Shown here piece after piece: positions 43,020-59,164 of a stretch of DNA of 64,000 bases. The stretch comes from the human T2T-CHM13v2.0 reference genome, Homo sapiens. A program made the position numbers and the translations under genes. Where the stretch lies: NCBI RefSeq assembly GCF_009914755.1, contig NC_060930.1, one strand, 5' to 3'. Position 1 is the first letter of the stretch, and each line of letters starts with the position of its first letter. The notes below the pieces were generated by a model. The model saw only the letters and a program-made list of their open reading frames with translations, was not told the DNA's origin and did no database searches.

Positions 43020-45915
43020 GATATAGAAAATGTATCAAGATGGTTAAGAAATATGACATTCTCTCAGAAAACAATCTGCAAGAACACATTGTCTTTTTAG
43101 CTTAAAACTTTAAATATTAAAATTCAACAGGATGAAAAGCAATCCAACTTAAAAGTGAAAGATTGAGCAGACACGTGTCCAAAGAAGATATATACATGAC
43201 AAATAAGCACATTAAAAAATGCTCCACCTCATTTGTCATTAGAGAAATGAAAATTAAAATAAGGAGTTACCACTGCACACCTACTAGAACTATTAGAACC
43301 ACTAAATTCTAAAAATATGACAACACCAATTGCTGGCAAGGATGTGAACCAACAGGAACTTTCATTCATTGCTGTTGGGAATGCAAAATGACACAGCCAC
43401 ACTGGAAGACAGTTTAACAGTTTCTTATAAAGTTACTTACAGTCTTACAGTATCATCCAGCAATCATGTTCCTAGATTATCCAACTGATTTGAAAATTTG
43501 TGTGCATACAGAAATCGCTATATGAATGTTTATAGCCACTTTATTCATAATTACCAAAAACAGGAAGCAATTAAATGTCCTTCAATAGGATATACAAAGT
43601 ATAGTACATCCATAAAATGAAATACTATTCAGGGACACAAAGGATTAAGCTATAAACCTATTCAAAGACAAAGATGAATCTTAAATGCTACATGAAAAAG
43701 CCAGTCTGGAAGAGCTACATATTATATAGCCTCATTTATAGGACATTCTTGAAAAGGTAAAACTGTAAAGACAAGAAACAGATGAGTGACTGCCAGAGCT
43801 TCTAGGTAGCAAGGATGGGATGTTAATAAGTGAAGCACAGGGAAGTTCTTAGGGCAGTGAAATGGTTCTGTATGATACTGTAATGATGGATACAAGATAC
43901 TGTGTATTTGTCAAAACCCATAAAAATATGCAGTACAAAGAATGAACCTTAATGTATGCAAATTTAAGATGATAATAATTTAGGAGGTTCGGAAATCCCA
44001 AGATGGGATGTAGAATGTGACACTGAAACTGTATTACAAATGTTTGCAACAACCTCACCGAAGAAGATGTGGCAAATCTTTCTTAGATCATGTTTAAGGC
44101 GTCTCTGAGACTAAAAGCAAAAGGAACTGCCTACTTTAGTTGATAACATTTCCCAACTGGGCAATAGTAATGAACCAATAACACACGTGCACTGAAACTG
44201 AACAGTTTAGCAAACAATAGTGGTAGATGCAAGCCAGGATCCTCATTGTTAGAGTGGGAGGTCACAGATAAACAAGGGAAGAAGGACAGAATGATGCATG
44301 AGGTAGTGAGTTAAAATTGGAAACTTTAGTGTGAACTCATGTTTGGCTAAATATAGGTACAGATGGCTACCTATGGAAATATTGATAGATATGTGTATAT
44401 GTACACACACATACATTTCCTTGCTTTGTCAGCTGATAAGGCCTAAAAGTAATGAAACCTGTTATCAGTGAGCATAGCTAACACTCAATTCTTGGTTTCT
44501 AATACTATTTTCTAATAAATAAAACTAAAAGCTGATCCTAGGACTAAGACAAGAAATATATAAGAAGAGCCTAGAGTACATTTTGATGCCAAAATAAAGA
44601 AGTAAGGAAGTGCTCAAAAATAGCAGCAACAACAGCATAAAAAAACCAAAAAGCAAACAATGGAAATATGGCAAATGTCTGTTGGAACCAAATGAAAGAA
44701 GTCTCAATGATGAATGCTCAAAAGATGATAAAAAGAAACTAAATAAAGTAGCAGTGGATTATAACCCAAGTATTCTATATATATATATATAAAATATACA
44801 TAATAATTATATATATGTTATAATATTATATATATTAAATAATATGTTATATATTATATAATTTTTATATTTTTAAATATATATTTATATATATTTTTAT
44901 ATATTATATTTGTATAATTATATATTATACAAATATATATAAATATATTTGTATTTTATAATTATACAAATATATATACATATATATTTATATTTTATAA
45001 TTATACAAATATATATACAAACATATATATTTGTATTTTATATATTATATAAATATATATGTATAATACTTCATATAATATATATTACATATATAATATA
45101 TATAATATATATTATATATAACATATATTATATGCCAGTGTATATATATACTTACATGTATGTCCATACTGATATGAATACATGAATAAATAAATAAATG
45201 GAAGGCAAATCCCCCATGCAGAAGAATTCCAAACAATTTATGTAGATATTCAAGGAGGTAGAGCTTAATATTCCATTCCTAAACTGTTGCTGTGCATATT
45301 GATTTCCTTCCAAAGAATATTTTCTGGGAAAAGAGAAAAGAAGTCACTTTACAGTAAATAAATTTGACAAATGACCACAGCCAGGCAAACAAGGTTGATA
45401 TCAACAGCAGTAAGTTGTGTTAATAGTATGTACCCTTAAAGGTGTGATGAGAATGATATTCATCTCTGTGTTTTTCCTCCCAAAAATCCAAAACCATCAC
45501 CCGGTCTAATCATGAGAAAAGCACCAAATTCCAGTTGAGGGATATTTTACAGAACACCTGACCAGTATTCCTCAAAACTGCCCTCGTCATCAAAAACAAG
45601 GAAAAACTAGAAAAATCACAGCAAATAGTTTACTAAGGAAACGTGAGGACTAGATGTAATGTAGCATTTTGCATGGGCTCCTGAAAAAGAAAAGGACATT
45701 AGGTGAAAACAAAGAACGTCTCAATAATAAGTATGGACTTTATATAACAAAAATGTATAAATACAGGTTCACTAATTTGACAAATGTGCCATTCTAAAGT
45801 GAGATATTAATAATAGAGAAAACTGGATATGGAGTATATGAGAACTCTCTGCCCAATTTTCCTAATTTTTATGTAAATTTAAAATGATTTTAAAATAAAT
45901 TTTATTTTTAAAAAG
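43020..45915 (+). mobile_element. L1MC-type (L1MC3-like) 3' end with long 3' UTR
   Basis: ccaaagaagatatatacatgacaaataagcac...; ggaggttcggaaatcccaagatggga...aactgtattacaaatg...caacctcac; ends in aaataaa. Confidence 0.8.
44776..45155. repeat. ~380-bp almost pure AT, (TA)n-like low-complexity tract
   Basis: Direct read. Confidence 0.95.
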
Positions 45916-46829
45916 ATAACTGACCTGCATTAAGCTGTCTAAACCTAAAAATTATTTAAATACTTAAACCACTAATAGTGGAGTAATTTTGAGTCTTCAA
46001 TGTATCCATCATTCCTATTTAAAGCCTCAAAAATGTCTGAGAGGGATAATGTTACTGTTTTATTAAATTCTATTCAAGAAACTATTACATTAATAAATAG
46101 AGTTAACAATGGCAACGGTGATATGACACTGAAGACATTTAGAAAAATTTGGCCAAATAACCCAGAGGTTTAAGATTAGCTTCATGAATGGTTATGTGCG
46201 AAGCTAACCACATGGTGTGTAATGGTTTCTATTATCACTGGTTGAGGCGTGAGTATTCCTATAATCATAATGTGATTTCTTTTTACAACTCATAATGGCA
46301 ACTTTTTTTATAATTGAACTTTTTTGTATGTGAGAATCATGTACAGCAGAGGAACTGAACATTTCAAGAATATAATGAGAGTTCAGTTTAAGATTTTACA
46401 AGGGACCACACATTTGAAATACTGAAAAGGAAGCATGCTAACTGGGGAAAATGAATTGGTTTTCTCTCCTGCTGGCCTCATAGGAGATACAGTAAGCCGA
46501 GAAAATCCAGCTGTACTCTTGCCAAAGAGTTTCATGTGTCAGAGAAAAGATGCTCTGTAGGACTCTGTTTCAATAAAAGAGGTCAAACTATACTTTGCGT
46601 ATAAGCATGCCCGTGTACATGTAATATAAGAGAAAAAATGTAAATGTGAAAGCATACATTCAGAACACTTTCATCTCAGGATATTTTTCTATATTAGAAC
46701 TCCAAAATAAAATGCTCCCATGTAAGAATGTGGAGTCAGGATGTTAGTAGGTATATTCTAACAAAATTTATACCTGCTATTAATTCTGTGCCAAATATCC
46801 AAACTTTCACAATCCAAGTGTAAGTCCAT

Positions 46830-47030
46830 TTTTTCACTTTTTAAAAATTTGTATTGATACTTATTAGATGTACATATTTTGGGGCCACATGTGCTAATTG
46901 GATACCCTCGTATGATTAAATCACCTTAAATATTTATCTTTTCTTTATGCCAGGAATATCTGAGTTATTCTCTTCTAGCTATTTTGAAATGAACAATTCA
47001 TTAATGTTAACTATAGTCAATCTACTGTAA
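46830..47030 (-). mobile_element. L1MA 3'-end fragment
   Basis: tcaccttaaatatttatc...ctcttctagctattttgaaat...aatgttaactatagtc. Confidence 0.7.
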
Positions 47031-47092
47031 GAGTCTTATTATTAAAACTTTTCAATCCCCCTTGGTGGTATCAATTGAAAAACTCAAAATTC

Positions 47093-47397
<305 letters not shown>

Positions 47398-47611
47398 TCT
47401 AAATTCTTTAAAACAATATACATACTTAAATTTTTGTAAAATTCCATTTGAATTCAGCGAGGAGCTTAGATTATATGATGGAAAGTCGTGGATGCCTATG
47501 AGTCATCTAGGCGAGGTATTAGGTGAAAAGGTGGGACCAGAGGCTATTCTAAAGGCAAAACCCATGGCTAGAAGAAAGCCGAGGGAAGACAATCAGGAAA
47601 ATCCAACTTTG

Positions 47612-48713
<1,102 letters not shown>

Positions 48714-50194
48714 AGGAAAATCCAACTGGAAGTGATAGGAGGAAAAAAGCAAAACTGTAAAAACATAACAAGCAACAACTTTGAGAGTGAAAGAAAGATC
48801 CAAAATTTAAAGCTAATTTCCATTATACTCTGAATATGGCTAACCCTTTGATGTTGTTTGCTCATCTATAAACAAGGGAAATTAATTCTTATCTCACTGG
48901 GTCAGAGAAAATACTAATGTAATATACGTAAGTACTTAGCTCAGTGTATTATACAAAATGAACACTAAGTAATTGTTAGTTTCTGTCCTCATTAACAGTT
49001 ATTTTCTCTAAAAGGAAAGTGCATCGGGGAAACCAACACAGAATTCCAAAAAGAAAGAGTCATTGAGTAATAGTGAAACTCAGGAAACAGCACTGATTCT
49101 TCGATAAAGGGACTGGTGCATTTTCTCCAAGGCCAACTTTACTCACAGCCAACAAATTTTGACTAGATCCCAATTTTGCCCATGGCTAGATCTGACCTCA
49201 CTGAATGAGAGTCATATTTAACGAGGGAGGGATGATTATAAATAGGGAGAGGACATTATACCTTAAATTCAGAAATTCTTCAGAGGAGAATGTTGGTTGC
49301 CAGTTACCTCTGGTTATACCGTTGGTCTCGTTTGAAAATATTCATCTGAAACTAAAACTCAGTAGATAAAATTTAGAAAATCCAATATATTAAAAGGATC
49401 AAACTAAAGGAACTGGAAAAGAAATTAAGTAATACAATATGTGTAAAGAATGTAAAAATTCAGCTGCTCTTGGATTTGTTAAATTTCTGTTTTCCTTTTG
49501 AAATACTTCTGGGAACAGGCAAAACCCAAAAGGTGTTCTACTAAGCACTTTTTCCATTCATGTAGAAATGTCCCAGAGGAAATTTAATCTCCATATTTCT
49601 GACACTTTCACACTTAACATCAAATAATTATTTTGTAAGGTTATTTGATATATTAATAGGGTCTGCAGCTTTTTTCAAAGGCTTTCAATTTGTTTTCCTT
49701 GGGGGAAAAAATGTAGTCCCATATAACCAAGGGGAAACTAATTCATATACCACTAAGTTCAAATTCAGTTCAAAATTCTGATGCCAAATTGTTTTTTAAA
49801 AAGCCTTTCCTGGTTAAAAAATAATAACACTTCTTTCATTATAACATTACAGCCCCAAACCCCCAACTTCAAAGATCATACATATAAAATTTTCTGTATT
49901 ACTACGCTAATGTCATATATATAATTTCACAAAGAAGCAGCCCCTTATATCATGGAAATGAGAAAATTAAAACTTCTGATATATTGCTGTCATGAATTGA
50001 AGATGCATAAATGACTTTGTCACAATTTTGTGTGAGGATTCTAAGGGTGAATGCAAGAAAACTGGAGCTCCATCAGTCCTAGCTGTTTAAAAAACCTAAA
50101 CATTGAAGTTCTCTCCAACAAGTGCAAAGATAATTGCTCTTCATTAAAAAAAAATTGTGGCCTTGGGCTTCTCTAATCTTAAACCTGGAAATAT

Positions 50195-50680
50195 TCAGAC
50201 ACCATCACCTGCTGCCTAGACGACAAAAATAACCTACTAGTTGGTCTCCCCCACAATTTATCTTCTCTCCAATCCACTCCCCTTGAAGAAGCCAGTTCGC
50301 TATCTACTTCCAACTCACAGCTTATTATTCATAGAACAGCCAGCATTGTTTCCTTAACATTAAAATCCAATTTTATCTGTGATCCACTTGTGCATAATCA
50401 GTGACTATTTTCCAAGAAAAACAAAAACAAAAGAATTTCTTAATGTACCTTGTCCCTCAATTACACATCTTGAGCCTCTTGGCCCCCTTTGGGAATGCCC
50501 CTGAGGAAAGCTACTTCCAGAATCAACACGTTTGCACACACTTTCCCCCACGCCTGGACTGTGCCAACCCACCCTCCCTCCCTCTTGGCGCAGTCCAACT
50601 CTCCTCACTATTGGAACTTGCTTATTAGTCCCTGCTTCAGAGAAGCCTTCCCTTACCTCATGCATACTGTTTTCACCCAC
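50195..50680 (+). mobile_element. L2 fragment
   Basis: cagacaccatcacctgctgcctagacg...aataacctactagttggtctccc; cttcagagaagccttccctt. Confidence 0.55.
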
Positions 50681-51899
50681 TGAGCATCTTTTCATAATAT
50701 TTTTTAAAAGTTTAAAATCAAATGTGAATTTTTGTAATATTTTGATAATTGCATTGGACATAGCTCTGAGGATCCACTTTGGTTCACTCAGAAAATTTAG
50801 TCTAGTACCATCTAGATAGATTAAGTCATCTCCAAACTTCGTTTAGTAATATCCAGATAAACTAAAGTCATTTATCCATATCTTTAAATAAATTCCCAGT
50901 TCTACTACCCTTCATTCTCTTTTCCTGTGTGATACTTATCCTAAATCAGGTATTGATAGTAGAGGACGTCTGCTTCACCTTCTTGATGGAATAATTCATT
51001 TTACTGGCTCCTTCTTCAGCAATTACTAGTTCCCTTGTACCTGCCACTGTTAACCATAATTTCATGCAGAATATTCTGAACTCTCTCTTGGTCTCTATGG
51101 CTCAACATCTGGGAATGTCTCTCAGCTTCTTGACAAGATATGCCTCTTAAAAATGTAAGAAATTGTAAATATTGCCAATATTATTGGGTCGTGTTTGCGT
51201 ACGTGTGTGTTTGTAAGGCGGTATCTTAGCCTATCTGTCAAATAACACCATGCAGTCATTTCTATCATATTGCCACAGAGCGAAGGTAAATCTTCCTTGA
51301 AGATTCCATCTTTCTTGGCCTTCATCCAGGATACAAAGATTGCTTTACCTCTTAGATACCCACTAATTTACATGTAATATCACCTTTACTCCTGAAACCT
51401 GGGGCTGAGCCCAAAGACAATTTGGATATATGGATTTATGGCAAGCATCCAACTGTATTTAACTATTGATTATCTCTTATCATTGGTTGTTATCCTAAAT
51501 TTTGCTTAATGTCTATTTCCCTCAGTAGACTATAAGCTTTATCACTACATTCTCAGTATTTGACACAGATTTGGGTCTATGGTAAAAACTTCATTATTAT
51601 TGAATATCTTTAATATAAACATTGTAGAATTAATTGTTGATGTATGTCATTAGATTAATATTTAAGACCCTTTTTTAAGAAAAAAAAATCATCACTATAA
51701 ATATCCATTACCTGACAAGTTAATATTAATCTTGACCAATTCTTGACTTCTTATAGTTGTATTTTAAATTAAGATTCTTGCCACAATCTGCTGTTAGTAA
51801 AATATATTTTATTGTCCTTTGATTTTAGGCTTGAACATATGAGTTGCTTTGCCCAATTCAGCCTTAAAATAATGATGCAAGTAGACACTTAAAATGCAT

Positions 51900-53070
<1,171 letters not shown>

Positions 53071-53094
53071 ATGCATGAACTACAAAAGTACACA

Positions 53095-53271
53095 GTGACA
53101 CTACCTCAACATTCCTAGAGTTAGCAATATATGACCGCTGATTAACTGCTGTTCTCCAGATTTTGCACAAAAATGTCTTGCTAACCACTATTAACTGGAA
53201 ACATAGCGGAAAGAGAAGTCTGAGAAATGTAGCTCAGACTAGCTAAGTTGAGACATTCCAAAGCCACCACA
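53095..53271 (-). mobile_element. ERVL 3' LTR fragment (LTR41-like)
   Basis: Reverse strand TGTGGTGGCTTTGGAATGTCTCAACTTAGCTAG...CTACATTTC, directly preceded by a PPT-like GCTGACAAGAAG. Confidence 0.65.
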
Positions 53272-53401
53272 GGTGACTTCTTGTCAGCTTAGAACCCACA
53301 CACATACCTCTAAACTTCACTTAATTTCAAAACACAGTCACGTTTCTCCCTGGCATTATAAAATTATCTTGCATACAATAAAAATAAAATTATGCTGACC
53401 A

Positions 53402-53673
53402 CCAGTTTGGGAAGACAAAGAGGGCAGATCACTCGAGCCCAGAAGGTGAAGACCTGCCTGAGCAACATGGTGAAACTCTGTCTCTACAAAAAAAATATGA
53501 AAAGTTAGCCAGGCATGATGATGAATACCTGTAGTCCCAGCTACTTGGGAGGCTGAGGTGGGAGGATCACTTTAGCCCAGGAGGTCAAGGCTACAGTGAG
53601 CCATGATTGTGCTACTGCACTTCAACATGGGAAAAAGAGTGAGACTCTGCCTCAACAAAAAAATAAATAAATA
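53402..53673 (+). mobile_element. AluJ, 5'-truncated, nested in ERV-L
   Basis: gggaggatcactttagcccaggaggtcaaggctacagtgagccatgatt (J diagnostics). Confidence 0.88.
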
Positions 53674-54148
53674 ATGCTAACACTTTTCCCAAAAGAAAAG
53701 ATGAGGTCCCTTTTTGTCTTTGAATGAACATCAGTTAATTCTTCTGGTTCGTCTAGCTTTGAGATCCTGTAACTAAAATCATGAGATTTAAAAAAAAGCG
53801 TTAGATGGTACGAATATGGGAGAGAAGAAGATAATAAAAGTATTTGGTAAATATATGTAATCAAGTTTTTATATTTGTAACAACTAGAGCCGTCATTTCT
53901 GCACATGACCATGTAGGTCAAAGATTTTTCCAATACTCATGTCATATTCCCTTTGCCCTCAGGAAGCACTCTAGCTAGTGGTGTTACCTTGCCTGGTGCA
54001 GTGATGCAAATATTCATTCATGGATGGTCTGCATCTTTAGCAGTCCTGATTGAATTGGGTCACTGTGCTTTTCCATTGACATTAATCACGGGATGTGGGA
54101 GTACTAAGCATCCCATGGAATATTTTAGACATACTCCTCTTTACCCCC

Positions 54149-54468
54149 TGTGCTGAATAGTGTCTTCCAAAAAGTTCATGCCCACCAGGAATCTGTGAAT
54201 GTGACTTTATTTATAAATAGGTTATTTGCAGAAAGAATCCAGTTAAGATGAGGTCATACTAGATTAAGATGGGCCTTATATCCAATATAATTGTTGCCCT
54301 TATAAGAAGGAAATACAGACACAGAGACACAATGGAGAAGGCCATTTGATAATGGAGGCAGAGGTTAAAATGATGTGGCTACAAACCAAGGAATGACAAG
54401 CATTGCCAGCAGCCACAAAAAGCTAGGAAAAGACAAAGATGGATCCTCTTATAGAGACCTCAAAGACT
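54149..54468 (+). mobile_element. MLT1C-like MaLR LTR, 3'-truncated, nested in ERV-L
   Basis: gaatgtgactttattt...agttaagatgaggtcatactagatta...acaaaccaaggaatgacaagcattgccagcagcc. Confidence 0.8.
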
Positions 54469-56789
54469 GAGTACACTGCTTGAAGTTCTTCCCACTGGGA
54501 GGTTATCCCTTCACCAGTGTCCCTCCAGGTTGTTCTAATGTGGAAATATAGTATTGTAGCTGCCCACTTTCAAGTAATGCCTGCTTATCACGCAGAACCA
54601 TCTGAAAACAATGCTGGAGCCTTCTTATTCTCAGTCAGTTGCTCATAGGATGCTCCCCGTGAGAACACAGGTTTGAACTGGGAGAAAGAAGATAATGAAG
54701 CAAGAGTAGGTGTCACCAGAATCTGGGCCACTTCTTCATTCAACTTACTTATGGCTCCCTGCCCCTTTTCTGGTCTCCCCAGCTTGAACTTGATCTCACA
54801 TATACCATTTCTATTTGTTGATGGAGTGTTGCATGCATACTATTTTGTCTTGGTGGATCAGATGACATCCAGTTTTTCATCTATAACTGAGGTGCCTGGT
54901 AACTTGGTAATCCATAATCAAATATCAAGTCTCTGCCAAAGCAATGCTGTAAACCAGAAATTAGTTCTCAAAAGGAAATTAGTTATCCTCCAAGCATGCA
55001 TGACTTTGTTTCAAAATCCTGATTCTCCATCTGTGAAATGAGTCTGAGTTACATGCCCAAAGGAAAAATACATTTACCTCCAAAATCCAAAGAGTTCCAG
55101 TAAGAATTGTATACCTTTCTAGATCATAGGAGGGGCTGGATGCAGCAACTTATTCTTCATATTGGAAGGAATATCATGGCATACCTAAAACCACTGGGCC
55201 TTTCAGAAATTTCACCAAGATGGTAGGCACCAGAATTTTTGTATGATTTAACTTCCCATCCTCTGGCAATGCAAGTATCTAGAATAGCTGGCACTTGCTG
55301 CTTACTGTGTCCTATAAGAAAATAACAACCATATAATATAATGGCCCAACTTATATCTTATGGGATAGAAAAGTAACAGTTGTCCCAAGTAGTAGATATG
55401 GCAAAGAACTGAAGAGTTAAGATAGCCCTGGAACTATCCCCTCTTCCTATAGTCTTTACTAACAAATATAGACAGAAAAGCATTCATTGTATCAGCAGCT
55501 CCATACCAGATGCAGAAGGATATGTTGCTTTGATTCAGTAATGAAACCACATCTGGGACAGCAGCTGTAATTGGAGTTACTACCTAAGTATAAAACAATC
55601 CACTCTTATTCTCTAAGACCAGCCAGTCTTCTGCACAGGCCAAGTGGGTGAGTTGATGGGGATGTGGTTGGGATCACCACTACTGTTTCGTGATGCTGAC
55701 ATAATCTCTGCAATCTACAATTCCTCTAGAAATGTGGTTTTATTTTAGTTTTACTCTTTTCAAAAGTTGAGGCAGTTCTAGTTGTTTCCATGTGGCCTTT
55801 CCTACCGTAATTGCCTTTATTCCACGTATCAGGGAATGAATGTGAGGATCTATCAGTGGCTGAGCATGACTATTCCAATGATGCCTTCTAGAACTGCAGA
55901 CAAAAAAAAAATCACAAAGTGGATTGGGAAAATCCGCTGGACCTGCTTTTTGAAATGGACCCGAGTCAAAACTCCAATGGTCACTGGATCTCTGTAAGCT
56001 ACTACTGTAACTAACATATCACAGTAATGTTTAGTAATGGCTGAAAAATTAAGATTATTTCCCCTTCGCCCTGACAAGTAACAATAGGTCCATTTGAGGA
56101 AGACTAGGAAGAAGATAAACAGGAAAATTTTTTAGCAATGTAGTAAGGTTTTTCCTGAGTGGAACCCAGCCTCTCCTTAACTCAAGGAGCTCTGGGGTAT
56201 GAACTGGCTCACACAATTACAACTAATAAATGAATTTCTTAAAGTTTAAAGACTTAATACAAAAATCAATTGTATTAAAATATATTTGCCACAAAAAATG
56301 TTTAAATGAGTCTCAATTCCTTAAGATCCATTCATACACATACTCCCCAGGTTTTGTTGATATAAATGGGGAAACCCATGCAATGCTTTTGGTGTGTATA
56401 ATACTACTTACACTGTTCTATCTCACCCTCTAGGCCATGTTGGACTTGAGTCTACATGTAGGCCTCTAAGCAAGAAGAGAAAAGGAAGGTAGGTACTGAG
56501 AAGAATCAGCAGTATCTCACACAAGGCAACTACCATGGGGGAGGTTATCCTTGTAGACAAGAATTCATTAATTTTCTCAGGCAAGGATGGAAGGTTTCTT
56601 CCACTCACAACAACAAAAGGGTTATTACTTAATACTCCAACTCTCCCAAAAGAGACAGTGAGAAGTTGGGAATTCAATTTGTGTGATGTAAAGCCATCTG
56701 CAGAACTAGACTTTGGGTTTGATTTTCAGTATCTTCAGCTCTGCAGCTGTAGAGGCTAAGGTCTGGTTTGGTTTGGTTTTAAGGGCAGT

Positions 56790-57415
56790 CACAGAAGCTG
56801 TGAAGCAAAAAGAAACTACTGATTGTGCAAATATACAAGAATGCTAAAAAATATGATTCTCAATAAAACAAGCCTAACACATTTTATTTCCTATGTCTGA
56901 ACCCATATATATGAAGTTATAAAACAGCTAAATTGTACTATATAAACAAAATCAGAAAAGTGGTTGCCTCTAGACTTGAGAGATGAGAACATACTGTGAA
57001 GTACCATGGGGGAATTTTCTGTGGGCATTACGGACACTCTGTAACTTGACAGGAATATGTTACACTAACACTAGTATCTAGATTTATTAAAACCCATAGA
57101 ATAGTATGCTTAATATTTATGCTTGTCACTGTATATAAATTGTACCCAAAATGTAAATATTAAACACTTGATAAGCATTCTCACAAGTTACATGTGAAAT
57201 ATACTGCTATCTGAAACTTACTATGACATATAGAAAAATAAGACAAACTAATGGATGTATAGAGAGATGGGGTTTGGATGGATATACATGCAATAAAGCA
57301 GGTCTAGCAAAATATTAATAATGGAACCTACGTAGTACCTATATGGGTGCTCATTGTCCAGTTGCTTCCTCTTTTCCATATGTTTAAACATGTTTACCAT
57401 AAAATGTTGGGGAAA
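56790..57415 (+). mobile_element. L1ME-like 3' end
   Basis: atcagaaaagtggttgcctct...cactgtatataaattgtacc...agcaaaatattaataatggaacct. Confidence 0.6.
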
Positions 57416-57424
57416 TGTACTTGA

Positions 57425-57695
57425 ATAATTTGGTTTGACCTCTTGTGATTCTGCCACCGCTATGAGGAGAGCATGTCCAGGTTCACCTGCTGGTCTAAGG
57501 AAGAAGAGGGACATCTGGAGCAGATCTGATCCCAAACAGTAGTGTGGAGGCCAGCCTGGCCAATCCTTGATAGAGTGGCCAATCCCCATATGCACTGCAG
57601 ATGGGGAACTGGGAATAAAAGATTATTGTTTTAGTCTTTGAATTTAAGGATGATTTGTTACATAGCATTATCATGGCAAGAACTGAATCACTAAG
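57425..57695 (+). mobile_element. MLT1 (G/H/I-like) LTR 3' part
   Basis: gagagcatgtccagg...gaataaaagattattgttttag...gatttgttacatagcatt. Confidence 0.65.
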
Positions 57696-58661
57696 GTAAT
57701 TATTTTCCCACATTATCACTCTGTAGAGATATATAAAAGAAATGCTTATATTTAAAAAATGCTTCGCTATGTCTCATGCAGAACAAATTAAAATTATAAT
57801 CCATGCCTTATAGAGAGCCTTAACTATTGAAAACATATAAGAAGTGCATGGGCAAATAAGTAGCCGGTATGAAGATAATGACATAAACACATTAAATATA
57901 TTCCTAGGTGATAGGATGGTCAAGGCACTTGCTTTACAATTGGACAAACAGAGGAAGTCAGCATCTGATAAGATTTGATTGAATTTAAAGGCAACATATA
58001 TAATCAGTTTTGCAATGGTTTAGGTAAAAGTGAAAGGATGACTTCCCAAGGTCCCTTCATTATAATTTTATAATTCTTTGGCTATAGCGTTGCTTAACCC
58101 AGAGACTGGCTGCCTAAGGGAGCATAGTATTAAATTATATTCAACCATATGAGCTGCAATGGCCAAGATGAGTCCAAAGTATTGGGAAGAATCTCTGAGG
58201 AGATTCAGAGAGAAAGAGAAGAAAAAAAAAAAGCTCATTTTGATTCATGTCTGGCAACTTATCCAATTAAATTTAATTAGCCCTTCAAATTAATTTTGAA
58301 CAAATTTTTAATCGTTTTATATGCAGCCTCCTCCTCCTATATCTGTTCTTTCTTCTCCAAAGATAGAACCCTGGGAACAGACTATGGGCTTAAAAGTCGC
58401 AAGGCATATTCCTTTCTCACTGTCCATTGAAACCAACTCTCAGCTGAAAAGCCATGAGGCTTTTTAAGGGTCTGTGAGCAGTCATGACCCTGCCCTCTAC
58501 ACATCACCTCCAAGGCATGTCCATCTCGATGAGCTCAGGCCCGACAGTCTGGAGCCCAGAAGGCTGCTGCTTTTCAAGGGTGATCATTCATCACGACCCG
58601 AAGTCTCCTAGCCAACTAATTGAAAAATAAATAGGAGCATTTTTACTGCAACAATAAAGGC

Positions 58662-58674
58662 TGACCTTTGCACC
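58662..58674 (-). promoter_or_regulatory. Candidate DR1 nuclear-receptor site (HNF4/COUP-TF/PPAR-RXR type)
   Basis: Reverse strand GGTGCA-A-AGGTCA with a CAAAG core, in a non-repetitive stretch with retained CpGs; motif match only. Confidence 0.35.
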
Positions 58675-59164
58675 CCAGACCTTCGCATCAGTTTGGAGAA
58701 AAAAAACAAGATTTAAAAAAAAAAATCATCTGTATGCTTTATGGCTCACATCCCCTACTGTGATCCAACTGAGGGCTTCTCAAGAAGGTCGCCCCGTTGG
58801 TCAATCCTTTCACCAGAGAAGGCATTAAGCCATAAACTGGAAGACCTAGGCAGAGTTGAGTCCTAGGCAAAATTATGAATTGAATCCCAATGCCCTTCCT
58901 GCTGAATTTTCAGGTCCTGAAGACCTCATTACCCTCTCTTGCCCATCGCTCCCCATGTTATACAACTCCAACACTTCGTGCCTTTCCCTGGGTATCAGGC
59001 AAATCCCCCATCATAAGATTCTTCCAGTGCCAGTACACCCTTTCCTACTAGCCCTACACAAGACATTTTACTGTGTGTTTTAAAATCTAATCCACTTCTG
59101 TGTATAAATTACAAAGTAAAGTGCATTTATTTGTTTTATCTCTCAGCAAATACATCTATTTGGT

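Larger units (their letters stand above)
53272..56760 (-). mobile_element. Decayed ERV-L internal region (gag/pro/pol remnants; ERVL-E-like)
   Basis: Reverse-strand motifs: PINSPTWPVQK (~55631-55663), VVTPITAAVPD (~55550-55585), QGYLNSS (~55410-55430), PSNMKNKLL (~55141-55169), FSDGSA (~54592-54609), DTGEGITSQWEELQ (~54480-54523). Confidence 0.8.
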
